Below are positions 62,301 to 64,000 of a stretch of DNA of 64,000 nucleotides, piece by piece. The notes under the pieces are model-generated. The model was given only the letters and a program-made list of their open reading frames with translations, made no database searches and was not told where the DNA came from. Positions within the stretch are counted from its first letter, which is position 1, and every line of letters starts with the position of its first letter. This DNA comes from Macrostomum lignano (Eukaryota): assembly GCA_002269645.1 (NCBI GenBank), contig NIVC01001676.1, positions 186,001-250,000 of the forward strand. The letters run 5' to 3'. Position numbers and translations under genes: made by a program.

Positions 62301-63753
62301 CTACCGCCCAGAGTAGCTATACTGTCAAGCCAGAGTCACTTGCGTCTACCGCCCAGAGTAGTTTTACTGTCAAGCCAGAGTCACTTGCGTCGACCGCCCC
62401 AGAGTAGCTATACTGTCAAGCTAGAGTCACTTGCGTCGACCGCCCCAGAGTAGCTATACTTTCAAGCCAGAGTCACTTGCGTCGACCGCCCCAGAGTCGT
62501 TTCAGAGTCGCAGACAATAAAACGCTTCAAAGTGACTTTTGGGCGAATCTTTGATGACTTTTTTGGCGGCTTTAAACGTGAAATCTCGTCGTTTTAGAGT
62601 TTAGTCCCACGTCACTTCTTTCTTATTTTACCTGTACCACCTGCAACGACTCTAAAACGACTCTGGGGCGACACAAGTGACTCTGAGACGCTTCTTGGCC
62701 CAGGTACCGTTTTCATCGGGCTGATGCTAGAATCTCAGAAATTCAGTAGCTCACCCAATCAAGGTGTCAGGTGCAAGTCGCAATTAGCTATCTGATGATA
62801 TTTCGTCTATTGAAAGTGCATGGATTACGGAATGGTAGACTCGCTGAGGGTGCTCAGAGTGTCTGCAGCATCAGCAGCACCCTGTGAGCAGTTAGGACTC
62901 GACGCGGATGATGTGGCCTACCGCCTGGAGTCTCCGACGACGAGGCAGATCCTGGGGCAGGTTCTTGACTTGGCCCTGTTAAAAACCTTCTTACAACCTG
63001 GATCATCGCCTGAAACAACGTTGCCCTCTGTCCGACAGAAGATGCAAGGCAGCCAAGACGAAATCCTTGATCCATCCCAGGTTAATTAATCACTGTCAAA
63101 CCGTCCAGCTGACTTTACACGTCGGGCTTCATTTATCAAATATGATTTTTAATCTTTTTGTTTGTCAGAGCTGTCAATGAAGTACAAGCCTCATTAAGTT
63201 TGCTAGATCGTTGGTTCCGTGTTCTTGAATTTAAAATTATCACCTGATTTCCGCGCCACCTTCAGCCGAGCGAGCCAGGCCCTACCTGCTGACGCAGGAC
63301 AGCGCGTCCAGCACGGACTTCATCAATGCTGTCTATGTTGATGTGAGTAAATTGTAGGGCTCGGTGGCAGCTCCCTAAATTTCTAGACATACCCCGTTAA
63401 ATTATACGAATAGCCAGTGTTTCATACTCTGAAATGCTCTATGAGCATTGTGCCCACTAAAAGTATATTATCTAAAATACCACTGGCAGGGGCATAGTCG
63501 GACCAATCAGTACATTGTGACCCAGTGGCCGCTGAAGAATACTGTCTGCGACTTCTGGAAGTTAATCCACGATCACCACGTGTCAGTGGTGGTGCTGCTG
63601 TCCGACTCCAGCCGTGGCGGCACCGGCTCGCAGCCGAGATTCTGGCCAGCTGAGACCGGCTCGGAGCAGGGATTCGGCTCAGTGTTTGCCATCAAGCAGG
63701 ACGAGTTGAGAGTCACCGAGAGTGTGCTCTGCAGGATGCACGCCGTTACAAAG
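56350..63753 (+). CDS. Tandem-domain (D1+D2) protein tyrosine phosphatase, Ptp36E-like, continuing beyond the window; exons 56350-56511, 58447-58540, 59456-59544, 59633-59767, 59864-59980, 60355-60504, 61659-62046, 63266-63342, 63490-63753; several 1-nt frameshifts
   Basis: YMNASWIDGY, FIAAQGP, DFWRMVWQ, CDKYW, PIIVHCSDGAGRTGTY, QYRFVYE; D2 DFINAVYVDG, YIVTQWPL..TV.DFW. The ECAAG[HR]AENRWKSRDVMVQPP segment resembles invertebrate Ptp36E-type sequences as I recall them. The 5' end is uncertain. Confidence 0.85.
56491..56672. repeat. 41-bp tandem repeat spanning the exon end and donor site (4 full units plus a partial)
   Basis: GAGCTGCAGTATGAGTACAAG|GTGAGTAGCGGCTGGTTGTG at 56491, 56532, 56573, 56614. 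Confidence 0.97.
56672..57435. repeat. Composite (GCAGACAYGGACAT / CACT) minisatellite in the first PTP intron
   Basis: Direct repeats; source of the many Cys/His-rich spurious ORFs. Confidence 0.95.
58145..58400. repeat. 23-bp minisatellite (CAGCTCCTCAGGGTCTGCCAGCT / ...CCGCCACCT)
   Basis: Direct repeats with a gradient of variants. Confidence 0.93.
58600..59445. repeat. 42-bp minisatellite filling a PTP intron (58541-59455)
   Basis: Unit CTCATTCACCGATCTCCCCGACTCCCCATTCACCAACCGCAC; 14-aa period in ORFs. Confidence 0.95.
59996..60332. repeat. 12-bp minisatellite (AGATCAGTGCAT), about 28 units, filling a PTP intron (59981-60354)
   Basis: Direct repeats. Confidence 0.97.
60597..60850. repeat. 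20-bp minisatellite (GGCGCCCCAGATACCAAAGT)
   Basis: Direct repeats. Confidence 0.95.
61400..61567. repeat. 22-23-bp minisatellite (GGCGCCCCTAGTACCTGAACTT)
   Basis: About 7 direct repeats. Confidence 0.95.
62295..62495. repeat. About 46-bp tandem repeat x4 (CGCCCAGAGTAGCTATACTGTCAAGCCAGAGTCACTTGCGTCGAC)
   Basis: Direct repeats. Confidence 0.85.
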
Positions 63754-64000
63754 GTCAGGAATTCTGATAGAATATTTCTAGCACTTAAAAAAAAACTTTT
63801 ATTCCTTCTAGCATATGGATGGCTACTTAGACTAACTTGTTAGTCCTAAATTCGACTAACATCAGAAACGCAATAGTCCTCATCCATCTCACGAGAGCGT
63901 CAATAAAGATTCGTCAGCTAACAGACCTGATCTTGGCTGCTGTGTACACGAGTATCGGGCGGGGTAGGAAAACTGCGGCTGGGGTGGGTGCCGAGTGTAT

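Overview
Eukaryotic genomic DNA with GC-rich spliced exons separated by AT-rich, satellite-packed introns. This organisation and the TTAGGG tracts suggest a free-living flatworm such as Macrostomum (inference, not verified). Gene models were rebuilt by hand from splice sites and reading phases. They are: the last exon of a class A peptide GPCR (+); a complete 6-exon single-domain ACE/peptidase M2 gene (-, 658 aa); an unidentified 780-bp coding exon (-); two tandem PHYHD1-like 2OG/Fe(II) dioxygenases (-); two tandem paralogous 5-exon genes encoding 8-Cys type I membrane proteins I cannot assign to a family (+); and a tandem-domain, Ptp36E-like tyrosine phosphatase (+) running off the window end. 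Mobile DNA includes a full-length decayed Ty3/gypsy element with a nested solo LTR, a foldback/MULE-like element (9-bp TSD), a hAT MITE (8-bp TSD), two CORE-type tRNA-SINEs, LINE and LTR fragments, and an 8.7-kb modular tandem chain. The most notable observations are: (1) introns made almost entirely of private micro/minisatellites, including an ACE intron that is GTGAGTTTT-(CTA)225-G; (2) the unassigned membrane-protein gene pair; (3) a four-fold duplicated splice donor and degenerate catalytic loops in the phosphatase; (4) a possible nested antisense secreted-peptide gene in ACE intron 1. No CRISPR array, rRNA or true tRNA gene was found. All coordinates and counts were made by hand and may be off by a few bases at repeat edges.
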